Assembly (NCBI RefSeq): GCF_001194135.2
Contig: NC_068987.1
Location: forward strand, 94,079,526 to 94,143,525
From: Octopus bimaculoides
Lineage: Eukaryota
Direction: 5' to 3'
DNA length: 64,000 bases
Below the pieces are notes generated by a model that was not told where the DNA came from, ran no database searches, and saw only the letters and a list, made by a program, of their open reading frames with translations. This document shows positions 38,566-53,694 of this stretch, piece after piece. The number at the start of each line of letters is the position of its first letter. Position 1 is the first letter of the stretch. The translations under genes were made by a program, and so were the position numbers.

Positions 38566-39312
38566 ACAAGTTAATCTCTACACCATGATCAAACCACCAC
38601 ACCATGCGCTTTGACTCGTTAAGCTGCCATACATTAAGTCTAAGTGTCGTAAATGCACGAATGCACCTTCAGCCTCGTTCTGATTTCATGTCTTACAATA
38701 ATATTCCAGTTGATCTTTGTCAATAACTTTAGGTTGTCCGGTACCAAATCTCCAACGGCTTAGTGACAGGGATCCATGATCTATGAATTTATACGTAGTC
38801 CCCAATTGCTCAATAAAACACATTAAAAACTAAGGATGCTTTTTAACAAGGATATTATTTGTAATCATAGGGACTTATTTAGCGGTCGCAAACAGCGTTA
38901 TTTATTACAATTAACAACACCTGACATTACTATCAAGTGTAACTCTGTCGGAAAATACCTCCGGTCAACTTGTCATTTCCCCCACTTATTGCTCTAGTCA
39001 TCTAATTGAAGAAACGTTCACACGCGTGGAACTCCAAAAAGGACGCAAAAATGTGAACCTAAAGACTTAACACACATTTTTCCTTTTTTCCCTTTTATTT
39101 TTTCCTTCTCCTTTTTCTCCTATCTGTATTCCTCCGGTAAACTCTAAATCATTCTGAGAATGATTGTTAAATGGAATGGCATAAATGCAAATTTACTTCG
39201 AAAATTACAAACTGACACAGCTATAAATGTTTTTTAACTACAATTAATCTATGACTTTTAATACCAAAGATCAACATCTAATTGTTAATTGTTGCTCCAT
39301 TTCTTTACTTAC

Positions 39313-39402
<90 letters not shown>

Positions 39403-39411
39403 ATATATGTG

Positions 39412-39462
<51 letters not shown>

Positions 39463-39660
39463 GGATATATATATATATATGTATATATATATATGTGTAT
39501 ATATGTGTATATATGAATATGTATATGTATATATATATGTATGTATATATATGTATATATATATATATGTATATGCATATGTATACATATATAAATATAT
39601 ATGTGTATATATACATTAATATATATATATATATATGCATATATATATATATGTACATAT
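39313..39660. repeat. ~350-bp alternating purine-pyrimidine tract, (TA)n/(TG)n
   Basis: Read directly from the sequence. Confidence 0.95.
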
Positions 39661-40085
39661 ATTACTTAAGTGATGACAAATGGACAGGAGTTAGGCGGTC
39701 CCCTACATCAGCGTACAGCTGTTGTTTCTGCTAATGAGAAGCAATATACACAGAGCTGAGTGCTTATGCACTGTAGCTTTGTACTCGGCCGACTGAGTTC
39801 TAACACCAGGGCATTAGTATCAATATGCCTGAGAGAAATCAGAAAATACACACACACACACACACATGTATGTATGTGCATGTGCGTGTATGCATATATA
39901 TATACATATACGTGTATATCAGCCATTGAGCTAGCCAAGCCTCCTCCCCAAATCATAAGGTTTTTAAAAAATGAAAGAATGCATCAAATACTAAAAAAAC
40001 CCGACGACCGTAAAAACGTGTTTAATCAAAGATGACGTAAGGTTGAATTACATCAACATTACAAGCACACAGACAGGCGGACAGA

Positions 40086-40131
<46 letters not shown>

Positions 40132-40141
40132 NNNNNNNNNN

Positions 40142-40180
<39 letters not shown>

Positions 40181-41177
40181 ACACACACACTGATTTAAAC
40201 ATTGAACTGAAATATACACAAGTGCATATGTACACACACGAGCACGCATATTCATCCATCCAGACATCCTTGTGTCCAACTAACCATACATACCTACATC
40301 CATGCATACACACGTAAACACACACACACACACAAATATATATATCCACTCGTTCTTCACAGACCAACGCACACACATAATCACACGCGTATTAATGTAA
40401 AGTTGCTCTCCGTTAATAGCCCTATTGCTACCAGCTGGTCGTTTAAAACCGAGGGCGATGATGTACTTACAAGGCAGTTTGAATCCAAAAATGATTAATG
40501 TCCTTTAGCGAAAGTATGTAGAGAACTGGGTACACAGTAAATATACATATACACCGTATCCATCTATGTGTGTGTGTGTGTACATTTATCAGTAAGTGAT
40601 TGTAGCTAGCAATATTATTGCATACATATATACACGTGTGTGCATATATATGCATATATATATATNNNNNNNNNNNNNNNNNNNNNNNNNNNNNNNNNNN
40701 NNNNNNNNNNNNNNNNNNNNNNNNNNNNNNNNNNNNNNNNNNNNNNNNNNNNNNNNNNNNNNNNNNNNNNNNNNNNNNNNNNNNNNNNNNNNNNNNNNNN
40801 NNNNNNNNNNNNNNNNNNNNNNNNNNNNNNNNNNNNNNNNNNNNNNNNNNNNNNNNNNNNNNNNNNNNNNNNNNNNNNNNNNNNNNNNNNNNNNNNNNNN
40901 NNNNNNNNNNNNNNNNNNNNNNNNNNNNNNNNNNNNNNNNNNNNNNNNNNNNNNNNNNNNNNNNNNNNNNNNNNNNNNNNNNNNNNNNNNNNNNNNNNNN
41001 NNNNNNNNNNNNNNNNNNNNNATATACTCATTACGTATATACAAACAAGCATAAACTGATTAATAAACTACATCTATTACAGATATATACAGCATACATA
41101 AATATGCATGTATATATCTATTTGAATATATGTAGACAAATGTGTGTCTGTGTGTGTGTATTCACATATTTATTGTG

Positions 41178-41224
<47 letters not shown>

Positions 41225-42739
41225 TTATTTATTTATATTCATATACGCACAACATATATTTATAAGTATATATGTGTGTATACTTCCATACATGCAAACA
41301 CACAAACAGATATATATATATATATATATATGTAATACAAACAATATATGTGTATATGCATATATATGTACATGTATCTACAAACGTATGTATGTACATA
41401 CGTATGTAGGTATGTATGTATGTATGTATGTATGTATGTATGCATGTATGTATTATACATATACTGACGCATGAACACATGCAATAAGCACTGGAATGTA
41501 CACACATATACCTACAGACATAGAAACATTGCTTACGTACGTACACCCACCGACATGCGTGCTTAACATATTAACTTCTTTGGATATTCACTTGCTGATA
41601 CAAAGAACCCAAATTCACACGGATTTGACGAAAAAAATAAAGGAAAATCTTGTGTACGTGCGTGTGCGCGCGTGCGTATGTATAAGTGAATGAGAGAGAG
41701 AGAGAAGAAAAGAGAGCGGGTAAGAGAGAGCGTGTGTCAGAGTCCAAAACATATTGGAGATAACAGAAAGAGAGAGATAGAGAGAGATAGAGAGAGTGAG
41801 AGAGAGTAGATGTACTATCTATGACAAATAGAGTGAATGAGTCCCCCTATGTGGTCGCCCGAATAAGCAGTGTACGTATATATGTGACTGTTTGTGCGTG
41901 TGTGTGTATATGTGGCTATTGTTCGCAATTGCTATTGAACATACACAGATTCTAATGTAAATGCCAAGTACGCTACCTTCCAGATAGCGTGTTTGTGCAC
42001 ACACGTATGCACACAGAGACATACATTTATACAGATAGATAATGTATACATACACATATATATATGTAAATGTATTTATATGTACAAACACACACACACA
42101 TACACACACATACACACACTCACCTATGAACTCTCATACTCGCCCATATACAAATATATTCTTCTGTGACTTAATTATAAATATACAAAATTTTCGCATA
42201 AGTAAAATGCTTCTTCTTTGTGTACTGTATACATATGTATGATTTATTGGTGTGTGTGTGTGCGTGTGGGCGCTAGTCTGTGTAAGGTGGGGAGATCATT
42301 GTCAAGTCCAATATAGTGAGAGGTGCAGACAGGCCATTAGTTTTGTGTTATTTTTCTTTTTTTGTTCTGCTATATTTCGTTCCCTTTTTCGTTTCCAGCA
42401 GCTGGCGTTGTTTGCCGGAGATAAAATGTCCTGGTGTTGTTTGTGTTAACTCCATTGAAGTTTTAACTTCAATTAATTGATATTTGATGAAAAGGGGTGA
42501 CTTGAACGGGTGGCTACGGATGGGTGGGAACAGAGTGAAAGGTGTGGCGGTGATATATTAATAATGTAAGATAATGGTGGGGGGAGGAGACTTTGAGAAA
42601 GGTGGGGTAAAGTGAGTGACTGAGAGGGGAGGGTGAATGAAAAAGAAGGCAAAAACGGGGAGACATATTCTGAAATTTGGTGGAAGCTGAGAAAATGGTC
42701 AAATACATTCAAAAACGCGCGCACATTGACACACACACT

Positions 42740-42774
<35 letters not shown>

Positions 42775-43064
42775 GATATATATNNNNNNNNNNNNNNNNN
42801 NNNNNNNNNNNNNNNNNNNNNNNNNNNNNNNNNNNNNNNNNNNNNNNNNNNNNNNNNNNNNNNNNNNNNNNNNNNNNNNNNNNNNNNNNNNNNNNNNNNN
42901 NNNNNNNNNNNNNNNNNNNNNNNNNNNNNNNNNNNNNNNNNNNNNNNNNNNNNNNNNNNNNNNNNNNNNNNNNNNNNNNNNNNNNNNNNNNNNNNNNNNN
43001 NNNNNNNNNNNNNNNNNNNNNNNNNNNNNNNNNNNNNNNNNNNNNNNNNNNNNNNNNNNNNNNN

Positions 43065-43103
<39 letters not shown>

Positions 43104-44999
43104 TAGGCCTCGAAAGACATTTTAAGATCGAAAAAGCTATACGCACACATACGCAAAGATACTTACAGTAACGAATGTATAAGGATATATATACTATATT
43201 TTTTTTATTATTATAAACAGTTTTATTCAACCCCATGCAATTTAAAATTGCATTCCATTAAGCTGAAAGCCACTGCAAGAAAAATAAGCGATTGATTTTG
43301 TACCAAAAACTGGGCTATATCCAACGATAGTAACGAAAACTTGTGACTGTGATGTAAGCTAGCTTAACCGGCAACCTTGATATGAAATCTAACATAATCG
43401 TGTTGATGATAAATATTCCAAATTGTCTAAACTGCAAATCATATGTGTACTGAAGTTGTAAAATATTAGCAAGGGAAATGTGTGGCTTAAATAACCAAAT
43501 ACTAGTTTCGGTTCACATAATAATTCCAACAACTCGACAATAAAATCAATAAAGAATTACCGAAATAATCCTGCTTCTCTTGACAAATAAAATTTAAATC
43601 AAAATTATAATACTTGGGCAATTCAGGCAACACCGAAACAATGATCTGCGAAACAACAATTTCAGACAAATGACACATACAAACCCCTACATCATATATC
43701 AGCATGTTTGAGGGCAATTTCAAAAACAGTTACTAAATTATAAATCCAGTTTAGAAAAAGAAATAACATGAGATTAATCGAGCCATATATTGCATTTCAA
43801 AGCTTAGAACATTAGTTAACGTTAACACATGATTTATCGTGGACATCTGTAAGAAATAACACGCCGCACAAAATTCTGTGATGTGTGTAATGATGAAATG
43901 AACTTCAGTCACACTAAATCAATTAACACTTTAAACATAAGATCAGAACAAATTTCTAAACATCACCACAAGAATAAGTTCGTTCTCTCAAATCTCCACA
44001 GAACCATTTACCTAAACGAAACAAACGCAAACAACTGAAAGGTAACAGTCCGCTGACTGCTATTACTTATGCAGAACTCCTCACGTGATTGAAACAGTTG
44101 TATATACATGCCTTCAAGTGTATAGACGTGTATTTATGCATGTATGTTTATAAATATGAGTAAGAGTGCATGTATGCATATTGTATGCGTGTATGTACGT
44201 ACGCACGTACGTACATATCGATGGATATAGGTAGGTAGGTAGGTAGGTAGGTAGGTAGGTAAATATTTCCGTATATATTTATGCCAATATATGTATATAT
44301 GCAAGTGTCAGGTGAAATATCTGATAACAATGGTTCTGCTAATTTTATTAAATCGGTCAGACAATTGCAAACTAAACTGCTCACTCTACTGTGTTGTCTT
44401 TGTAAAGAGGGCGACTTCGGGATATTGTGCAGGAAGAAAAGCGATGACTGTCCAAAAATAAGATGAAGTCATTAAAGCCAGCTGGCAAATATAACCAACA
44501 AGATGCTTCCATTGTATCAATTAGGATGGTCGATGCTACGTCGCTTAAGTGATATCTAACAGCCAACCATGATGGCGAGTGTAGTTTCAACATGTGCTCC
44601 GTTATTCCTGCCCGAAACACATAATATATCGCTCAGAGAGATACTAGTTTTAAAAATTTGCACAGAACCTCAAGAAACAATGTCAATAATTCAAAAATAT
44701 ACCGAGTCAGTCATCGCCCTGTTTTCAGAGAATACTCTACCATCTCTCTCTTTCTCCCTCCCTCCCCCCTCTCTCTCTCACTCACTCACTCTTTCCAAGT
44801 ATCAGTAAAAGAGTTCAACTACGAGTTAAGGAATCGCATCTTTATCTGATGGAATGGAATGTTAGAACTTTTCTCGACAGAAGAATGATTGATTGAGTAG
44901 AGATTCAGATTTATATTGTTTACGGTAAATCACCTCCAGTTTCTTTAACTGAATCACCATCGACTATCGACGAAGAGCCTACGATACGGATTATGTTAA

Positions 45000-45053
<54 letters not shown>

Positions 45054-46303
45054 GTATGTATGCATGGAGAGATAGGAGGGATAAGATGAAAAAGCGAAGA
45101 GTGTTCTTTTTTTTTGCTATAGACTGGGGCGTGAAAGTCAAGGTATTAGGAAACAAGGAAATATTTAATGCAGAAAAAAAGGTCGGAATTACGAAGGAAT
45201 GGAAAAAAGAAGGAGAAGTGACAAAGTCAGAAAGCTGGAGAGAGTATAAAGCATGAAAGTCGATTGAAGAAGAATGATAAAGAAACAAAGAAAGAAGGAA
45301 TGAAGGCAAGAAAGAAATTTAAAAGGAATGAAATATATTTTTAAAAAATGAGAAAAGGAGGGAAAAACGAAAGATGGCGAGACGGTCGATTAGGAGAAAA
45401 GAATGTAAACGAAGAAGGGAATGATAAAATTATTTTAGTAAATGAAAACCGAAAGCCACAAGAATTCATGAAATGTTAATAAAAATATAAATGAAAGTTA
45501 GAAAGCAGGAAAATGAAGGATAAAAGACGAAATAGAATGGGAGAATAAAAGAAGTAACGGTGATAAAGAGCGAAATTTAATATCGGATGAGGAAAAAACA
45601 GTAAAAGAATGATAAAATAGAGAATTAGAAAATGTAAGATGGCGGTGAGAAGACCTAAAGGAGGAAGAGGAGGAGGAGGAGGAGGAGGAGGGGGGAGGAG
45701 AAGTAGAAGAAGAAGAAGAAGAAGAAGAAGAAGAAGAAGAAGAAGAAGAAGATAGAGAGTAAAAAGCAATAATAAAAGCTTCAAAAAAATTGCAATCAAA
45801 ATTCTATTAAAAGAAAAATAAGGAAATTAAAACTGGGAAAAGAAAAAGGATAAAGGAACGGAAATAATTATGAAAAGAAAAATATCCAAGCATTTAAGAA
45901 GAATAGAAAGAAAGCATTAAATTTGATAACGTAAAAGAAAGGAAGGAAGGAATAAGTTTTAAAATAACCACAGAAGGATTACAGGAAGAAATACGCGAAG
46001 ATATGAAGAATTTTGTGTGTCGTAGATTTAACGACAACGAATGAGACAAATGGTAAGCAAATGGTTTTCAAATCTCAGAGAATTAAAATAGGAAGGAAGA
46101 ATAGATAATGATCGGATGGTCGATTCTTATGTAGAAAGCGTTTCAGAAGAGGACTGCTTGGTCAGGGTTGGCCTGGGGTTAAACGAGGAGGAGGAGGAGG
46201 ACAATGTTGGGGAGGTTGGGTGCGGGAGGTTGGGAGAGGAGGCGGAGAAGACGAAGNNNNNNNNNNGAAGAAGAAGAAGAAGAAGAAGAAGAAGAAGAAG
46301 AAG

Positions 46304-46336
<33 letters not shown>

Positions 46337-46426
46337 AAAAAACAAAGAAAACAGAACGAATCCCTAGCCTGAATGAATATAAACGAATTTATTATGATAA
46401 GCTACATGGCGTATTATATTCTTTAC

Positions 46427-46519
46427 CCACACTTTTCGTTAAACTTTTGCCATCGATTATTTGATTTTAAACACAGAATCTCTGTAAAGTGTATCTGTTG
46501 TTTTCCATGGGCATCAACT
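46427..46519 (-). CDS. Candidate isolated 93-nt internal exon (unassigned)
   Basis: Acceptor 'tattttgcAG' and donor 'TGG|GTAAAG'. One open frame (VDAHGKQQIHFTEILCLKSNNRWQKFNEKC) with symmetric phase 2. No homology recognised. Confidence 0.2.
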
Positions 46520-47379
46520 CTGCAAAATACCCAACTTAGTAAAGAATGTATTTCTCCCAATCCTAAGACCACGTACGCTTTATGCTTACAGATCTTACCC
46601 CATGCCTTCAAGCTTATTTCTGCACCGACACTCTTTGGTTCAACCGGAATTCCAAACACGTCAAACAAGATAAGAAAATAAGAATCAACATGTAAAATCA
46701 AGTCGGAATGTTCTGTTAAGAAGTGAAACACAAGCTTTATGTAAAAATAAAAGTAACATAAATTAATGGCTTAGACTTGGAGACGAGTTTCGAAGAGGAA
46801 TCACGAGGAATCAGAAAGAATCAGAAGGAATCACTCTGACTGGTTACAGAGATCCCAAGGAATGGGCTGAAATTAGCAATAATTTGGGTTTTATCCGAGA
46901 AATGCAGTGTTGTGATTGAAAGATATTCTTGGCACGAAAAATATTGCAATTTATGAAAATATCTGATGAGAGTATGGGGGTGGAGGGTGGGAGGGGCGTT
47001 TTTGTGGGGGTGGGAGGGTGCATATACCTATTCCAATGTTTGGTTTCTGTGGGATCTTTTCCACTTTTTAAATCCCACAACCGAAAGTTGAATAAACAAA
47101 CATATGAAGACGTGATGACGATCATTTTCAAGATGATGATGGCGATGACAACGACTGCGATGATGATTCTTAGAAAGAGGAATTTTACGATGATTATGTG
47201 CTGCTGCTGCTGCTGCTGTTGCTGAGGATGCTGGTGATGACGATCTCAGTGCTGACGAAGACGACGATGACGATGACGATGAAATTGTATAGAAAAATAT
47301 TGATTACGATGGTGATGCTGGAAATGTTCATGACGATAACGATGAAGATGATGCTGAGAACAATAACGAAGACAATGTC

Positions 47380-47424
<45 letters not shown>

Positions 47425-47592
47425 ATTGATGGTGATGATGATGCTGAAGAGAAGGAAAGGGAAGGAAGAAGAGAGAGAAAGAAGGAAGAGCATTATCAGG
47501 ATGACAATAAAATTGCTTCAAATTTAGGAAATGAAAAAAAAAAAAAACAAACATATACAAACACCTATTGTTTCGTTTACACACACATATAC

Positions 47593-47684
<92 letters not shown>

Positions 47685-48149
47685 GTATGTATGTATATAT
47701 ATATATATATACACACACACGCACGAACATAAGCATACACGCACATATATATATATGCACAGGTATACAAATATACACAGTGGCTCCATGCGACACACAC
47801 ACACACAATTACCATGAAGAAGTACAAAAACATAAACACAAGTCATGAAGAGGAAGAGACGAAGAAAATTGGGAAGAAGAGGATGGTGGGGGGGTGAGAG
47901 AATTTAGTAATCTTGTTGTTGGTGTTGTTGGTGTTGTTGTTGTTGTTGTTGATGCTGGTTGTGTCGGTGGTGGGGATGGGGGTTGTAGTGGCCGGTGTTG
48001 CAGTGTTATAGAGATGGTTGAATGTGGGTGGGTGGTGGAGGGGTAGGGGGGGGGCGTATGAGTTTTGTAAGAAATTTTCTTAGTTGGAAGGTCAAATCTA
48101 GTTTGTGACCTTTAAGAAAATTGCCAAAGATTACTGACTGCTCTGGGTC

Positions 48150-48151
48150 AT

Positions 48152-48188
<37 letters not shown>

Positions 48189-48492
48189 CAACAACAACAG
48201 CAACAACAACAACAATAACAATCCTTCACTATCTTTTGTCAATAGAATGGCTGTGTAGTCGTTCCGGTAATGGTAGTTCTGTTGATGTTGCTTCTGGAGG
48301 TGGCGGTGGTGCTGGTGGTGGTGGTGCTGGTGGTGGTGGTGCTGGTGGTGGTGATGGTATGGGTTGTGCTGGTATTGGTTGTAGTAGTGGAGTTAGTACT
48401 GCTAGTGGTTGTTCTCGTAGTATTCCCGTAGTAGTATTGAAGCTATTGCTAATAATAGCGGTTTTCATGGCAGTTTTGGCAGTAGTAGTAGC

Positions 48493-48563
<71 letters not shown>

Positions 48564-48613
48564 CAGTAGCAACCGCAGCAGCAGCAGCAGCAGTAGTAGT
48601 AGCAGTAGCAACC

Positions 48614-48653
<40 letters not shown>

Positions 48654-48656
48654 TAA

Positions 48657-48701
<45 letters not shown>

Positions 48702-48750
48702 CAGTGGTGGTGGTCGTGGTGGTCGTGGTGGTCGTGATGATAGTGGTGTA
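48150..48750. repeat. Compound triplet repeats (CAA)n, (GGT)n, (AGT)n/(AGC)n
   Basis: Read directly from the sequence. Confidence 0.95.
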
Positions 48751-49080
48751 GATTAATGTTGTTCTTGTAGTTGTAAAACTCTAAGTTAACCCTGCTGAAG
48801 GAGTCCTACGATCAAAGACAATCCAGCCGTGAACACCTCGATCCATTCCTATGTGCAAGAAACCCCATGTATGCTTTTTAAGACGGCAGGATGTAACTTG
48901 TTAGATTTCTTCTGGGTTGGGCGCCAACGAAGACAATCTATCGTTGGCCCGTGCGGCCATGGAGAATTGTTGCAGCTCTCGTTACTGTTACAAGTCTCTG
49001 CAGCAGTTCTTATTGGAAAAGACCAATAGTGAAAGACGTTCTAAGTATGATCATTCCATCTTTTATTTAAGACGCTAAAG

Positions 49081-49420
49081 TATCATCATCATCATCATCA
49101 TCGTCAACATCATCATTATCATCATCATCGTTTAACGTCTGCTTTCCATGCTAGCATGGGTTGGACGATTTGACTAAGGACTGGTGAAACCGGATGGCAA
49201 CACCAGTCAGAGTTTCTACAGCTGGATGCCCTTCCTTAACGCCAACCACTCAGAGAGTGTAGTGGGTGCTTTTACGTGTCACCCGCACGAAGGCCAGTCA
49301 GGCGGTACTGGCAACGGCCACGCTCGGAATGGTGTCTTTTATGTGCCACCCGCACAAGAGCCAGTCCAGGGGCACTGGCAACGATCTCGCTCGAAAATAC
49401 TACGAAGGCCAGTCAGGCGA
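49081..49420 (-). mobile_element. Retroposon with an RTE-like 3' end and (GAT)n tail; internal ~70-bp duplications
   Basis: The minus strand ends in 'cgtccaacccatgctagcatggaaagcagacgttaaacgatgatg'. The block 'cacccgcac.a..gccagtc.agg.g..actggcaacg' is repeated. Confidence 0.6.
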
Positions 49421-49895
49421 TATTTCAAGGAATTTGCCAATTATTTCCAGCATATCGGGTGACGCCGTATGGGGTTTTAGTAGCATGGACAGATAGCGAT
49501 AACAAAGATAATACTGTGGTTATCGGAGTGGTGGTGGTGGTGGTGGTGTTGGTGGTGGCCATTGTGGAAGTAAAGGAATGAGTAATTCATCTGAAGCGAT
49601 TTTCGTTAATAAGAACAATTTTGGAGAAACTTCTGTATTCATTGCTGTAATTGTAACAGTATAGGCTGTGGTTGAGTGTAAGGGTAGTGGGGGAACTGTT
49701 TTTGTTTCTGTTATGATTTAGCGAGCAAAATTATAGTCACAGTCGCTCCATAAGTGACCTTCCCATCTTGTATGCTCAAAGAATGTTTACGACTTCTTCA
49801 CTCATTTTCTCTTTTCTTTGACAAAACTGAGTAATGTCATTTGAGGGAAAATTTATCTGTTACTTCTATCCGTGGCTCCTTCGTGGACGCGTATG

Positions 49896-49955
<60 letters not shown>

Positions 49956-49956
49956 T

Positions 49957-50171
49957 ATGTTTGTGTGTGTTTGTGTTTGTCCCCCATCATCGCTTGACAA
50001 CAGATGTTAGTATGTTTACGTCTCCGTAACTTAGCGGTTCGGCAAAAGTACCCAATGGAATAAATAGTAGGCTTACAAAGAATAAGTCCTGGGGTTGATT
50101 CTTTCGACTAAAGGCGGTGCTCCAACATGGCCGCAGTCAAATGACTAAAACAAGTAAAAGGATAAAAGAAT
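49957..50171 (+). mobile_element. SINE family A 3' half
   Basis: 'gtaacttagcggttcggcaaaag...aaggcggtgctccaacatggccgcagtcaaatgact' is the reverse complement of the tails at 10968 and 13454. Confidence 0.85.
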
Positions 50172-50190
50172 GAATATATATATATATATC

Positions 50191-50221
<31 letters not shown>

Positions 50222-50939
50222 ATATATATATATATATGTGTGTGTATATATATATATNNNNNNNNNNNNNNNNNNNNNNNNNNNNNNNNNNNNNNNNNNN
50301 NNNNNNNNNNNNNNNNNNNNNNNNNNNNNNNNNNNNNNNNNNNNNNNNNNNNNNNNNNNNNNNNNNNNNNNNNNNNNNNNNNNNNNNNNNNNNNNNNNNN
50401 NNNNNNNNNNNNNNNTATATATGCATATGAATTAAAATGGAATGGGGATGTGTGCTGATAAATCGCTGCCATTGTCATTGTTTCATCCCCAGGTAACCCT
50501 GACTCTAGAAACCTATATACATATGAGTCCAGGCCTTATTCACCTTGTCTTTCTCTAAGGAATTGCAAGATTTAGAGTAAGACCCCCACCACCACCACCC
50601 ATCTAAATTCTCAAGACAATAAAGTGTATATTCATCTACGATGAAATGCATGCTAGCCTTAGCACCACGGTCTATGTTGTGGGTACGTACGATTACATTA
50701 TCTTCCATGTTCTCTTCTTATGGAATTCAGTGGGATTTGGTTGTTATTTCTAGACAATTAAACGACTATGTAAACGCTCCCCCGATTCGCTATTGTTAAT
50801 CTTACGATATCGGTCGAGATGTATTCGCCTCTAACAGATACAAGTTGATGCCTCACGACCTGCTACTATTTCTAGCAGATCGGGAGACAGTAATGAAGAT
50901 ATTTCGTCAAAAATCATGTAAAAGTTTAGAGTTTATGAT

Positions 50940-51230
50940 TATTGTTGTTTAACCCCAGATTAGCCCTGATTAAGCAGACGATGATCAAAAACATTCTGTT
51001 GGTTTTATGTAGAATATCTTAGTCAAAGCTTCCTTCTTGCTTTGAAGGTGGAATTTGAGGGAGATTTCACTGATCAAAGTCATTGCAAACGTGATCACCG
51101 TGTCTTTAGGGGTTCATCCAAGATTACGTTTTTTAGTTCAACTTTTCTTCACGTAATACTGCGGGATCAAGTTTGAGGATAATCTAGTTGCTATTTCTAA
51201 CATATCAAATAATCGGATAGAATCTCTTAT
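50940..51230 (-). mobile_element. Interspersed repeat family D, (CAA)n-tailed; old copies also at ~25400-25545, 38050-38130, 48785-48870, 50720-50790, 51925-52100, 56645-56810 and 60215-60435
   Basis: Recurrent blocks 'aata(g/a)cagccaaatctcc.tcaa' and 'gatcatag/gatcaaa..cattcc', plus a 'ggggtaaacaacaa'-like end. The copies are divergent and boundaries are approximate. Confidence 0.55.
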
Positions 51231-51236
51231 GGTGAA

Positions 51237-51297
<61 letters not shown>

Positions 51298-51462
51298 TTC
51301 TGTAGGAGATCTAAACCGTTTAAAAGGGGATCAACAAGCGAGAAATGTCTCCTCTACAATTCTCAGCTTTCACTGTTGAAGCGATTAAGAAACAGGATAA
51401 CATAATTAGAATGGTGGAAGGACGGAACGGGAACGGCTTGTTGATATGAATGATCGGCTTTC

Positions 51463-51565
<103 letters not shown>

Positions 51566-52236
51566 TGGTAGAGCTGGTAAATAAACAACACGGCGTCCAC
51601 CACACCCAACGCGCACGTACGCACGCACACACACACAGACATTCTCTTAAATGCATGAGACATGGTTAAGAAAAAGAAAACAAAGCAAATAATGCTTCAA
51701 CAAGATATTTGATATTTGGTGTTGTTCTGGTTTAGATGTGAAAGAGAAGCGAACTTAGAGGCCCTCAACAACTTCGTCGTCTCTTTTCCCGTTTTGAGTT
51801 CAAATGGAAGAGTATCGCCTTATATCTATCTCCAAGAGCTGACCAGATCTTGACGGATGAACGGAGTTAAGCAACCTCACGCTTTGATTAATCTGTAGGT
51901 GAGACATGCCAACGAGGGGAGTATTAAAATAACAGCCAAATCTCCTTCAAGTCACATCTACGAAGTTCAGTAAGAAAAACGCATGTAAGATAATACTGTC
52001 GCTCATAAAAAATTCAACATAGTGGTCATGGCATGAATGCATTAGATCGTAGATGGAACAGATTACGATTGACCCAGGGTTAATAAAAAACAACAACTAC
52101 AAAAAGTAATCGGTGTCAATAAAATAAGTAACAGTAACCCGTGACCCGACGTACAGCTAGGACTTGGGCAGTAATTCTTTGAAATATATGAATACATACA
52201 TACATACATACATATATATATATACATATATATATA

Positions 52237-52305
<69 letters not shown>

Positions 52306-52963
52306 ACCGGTTTCTCATTTGATTTTCAAAAATGTATTTTATATGAAGCCTTTTCGAAAATTATGATTTTTCTGGCCACTTTTGTAAAAATCGTTCTCCT
52401 TTACTTTTTTTTATAGAATGGATTTTACTCAGAACACTATCAGTTACAGTACAAATTTATGGGATGAGGATGGTCACATGGTGAGGTAAGGAAATTTTCG
52501 ATCATGTGATAAAATCATGTGGCGGCCACACACCAGAAAAGCACGTCAAAGTTTTTTTCTGCACTGAATATGTCAAAATGCTTTCTTATTAAATGACAAA
52601 TTGTATATCGGTGATGGTTTACCAGCCTGCCCAGCCGTGGTTTGTACTTTTTAATGTACGATTTTCCCTTATTCGCATTTAATCAGTGATATTGTTTGCA
52701 TATTGGAAAGTGGAAAATCAAGAAATTTGGGAGGTCTGACTTTTGCGTATGCGTCCAGATATTCATTTACTGGGAACCTCGTATTTGCTGTTGATTAATC
52801 GTTAATCTCAATCATAATGTGAACCTGGTTTACGCACAATATAAGTTTCATAAGCTTCAGAATTATTAAAGACATGCTTCTGGAATTGAATAAAATGAAT
52901 AAAACAAGGATGAATACACACGTACTTGTACATGATGAACAAAACGAATAACAGCAACAACAA

Positions 52964-53425
52964 CATCCATGGCTTCTGATCTTAACTGATTGGAAGTGTT
53001 ATTATGTACATTGTTTTATCTTGGTATAAAAGATGGGCTACAGCAAATATTCTGCTCAACACCACAAATTTGCTTGTCAGTTGTTTGTCCTTGACTAGTT
53101 AAGCATGTCCCATAATGGCTGACGATATGTGCATCTCTGATCATGACCATCAAAGCCATATGTGGAGAAGAATTCTTTGAGGTTTAGATAATTCACCTCT
53201 GGAACATAGATCTTTCCTGCAACATTCTTAAACAACCCTTATTCAGGGGCCATTTGAAGGGAATGTGCTACTCGACCTGAAGAAAATTCTAACTGGGCCC
53301 CACCTGCAAGGTCATGCACTGTTTATCTTGATATGAGATCAAAATGTCACGCACATAGAGTTGTGATGCATGTGCCTGGTGTACCCTTATCAGACGAGTA
53401 GTCATGATGGGTATACTGGGCTTCG
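52964..53425 (+). mobile_element. Interspersed repeat family E, 3'-truncated copy
   Basis: Highly similar to 54300-54570 ('cctgaagaaaattct.actggg..cccacctgcaaggtcatgc.ctgtttatcttg'). It breaks off at 'gggcttcg'. Confidence 0.85.
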
Positions 53426-53694
53426 AGAGATATGACAGGTTAGATTGGGAAGTTAAGCAGTTGTGGTCGATGAAAAAGGTAGCAGTAGTACCAATAACAA
53501 TCGGAGCCCTGGGAACAGTGAGCAAAAATCTTGAGAAATACGTGGAACCAATATGGGCTGCAATAAGGGTGGAACACTGCTTGGAACCGCTCCTACACTC
53601 GTGCTCGAAAAATATGAGGTGTTACCTTAGTTCACTGGTAGGGAACAGCTGACACTCCAGCGTTAGAAGTTCTGCTAAGGCAATGATGCTGCTG

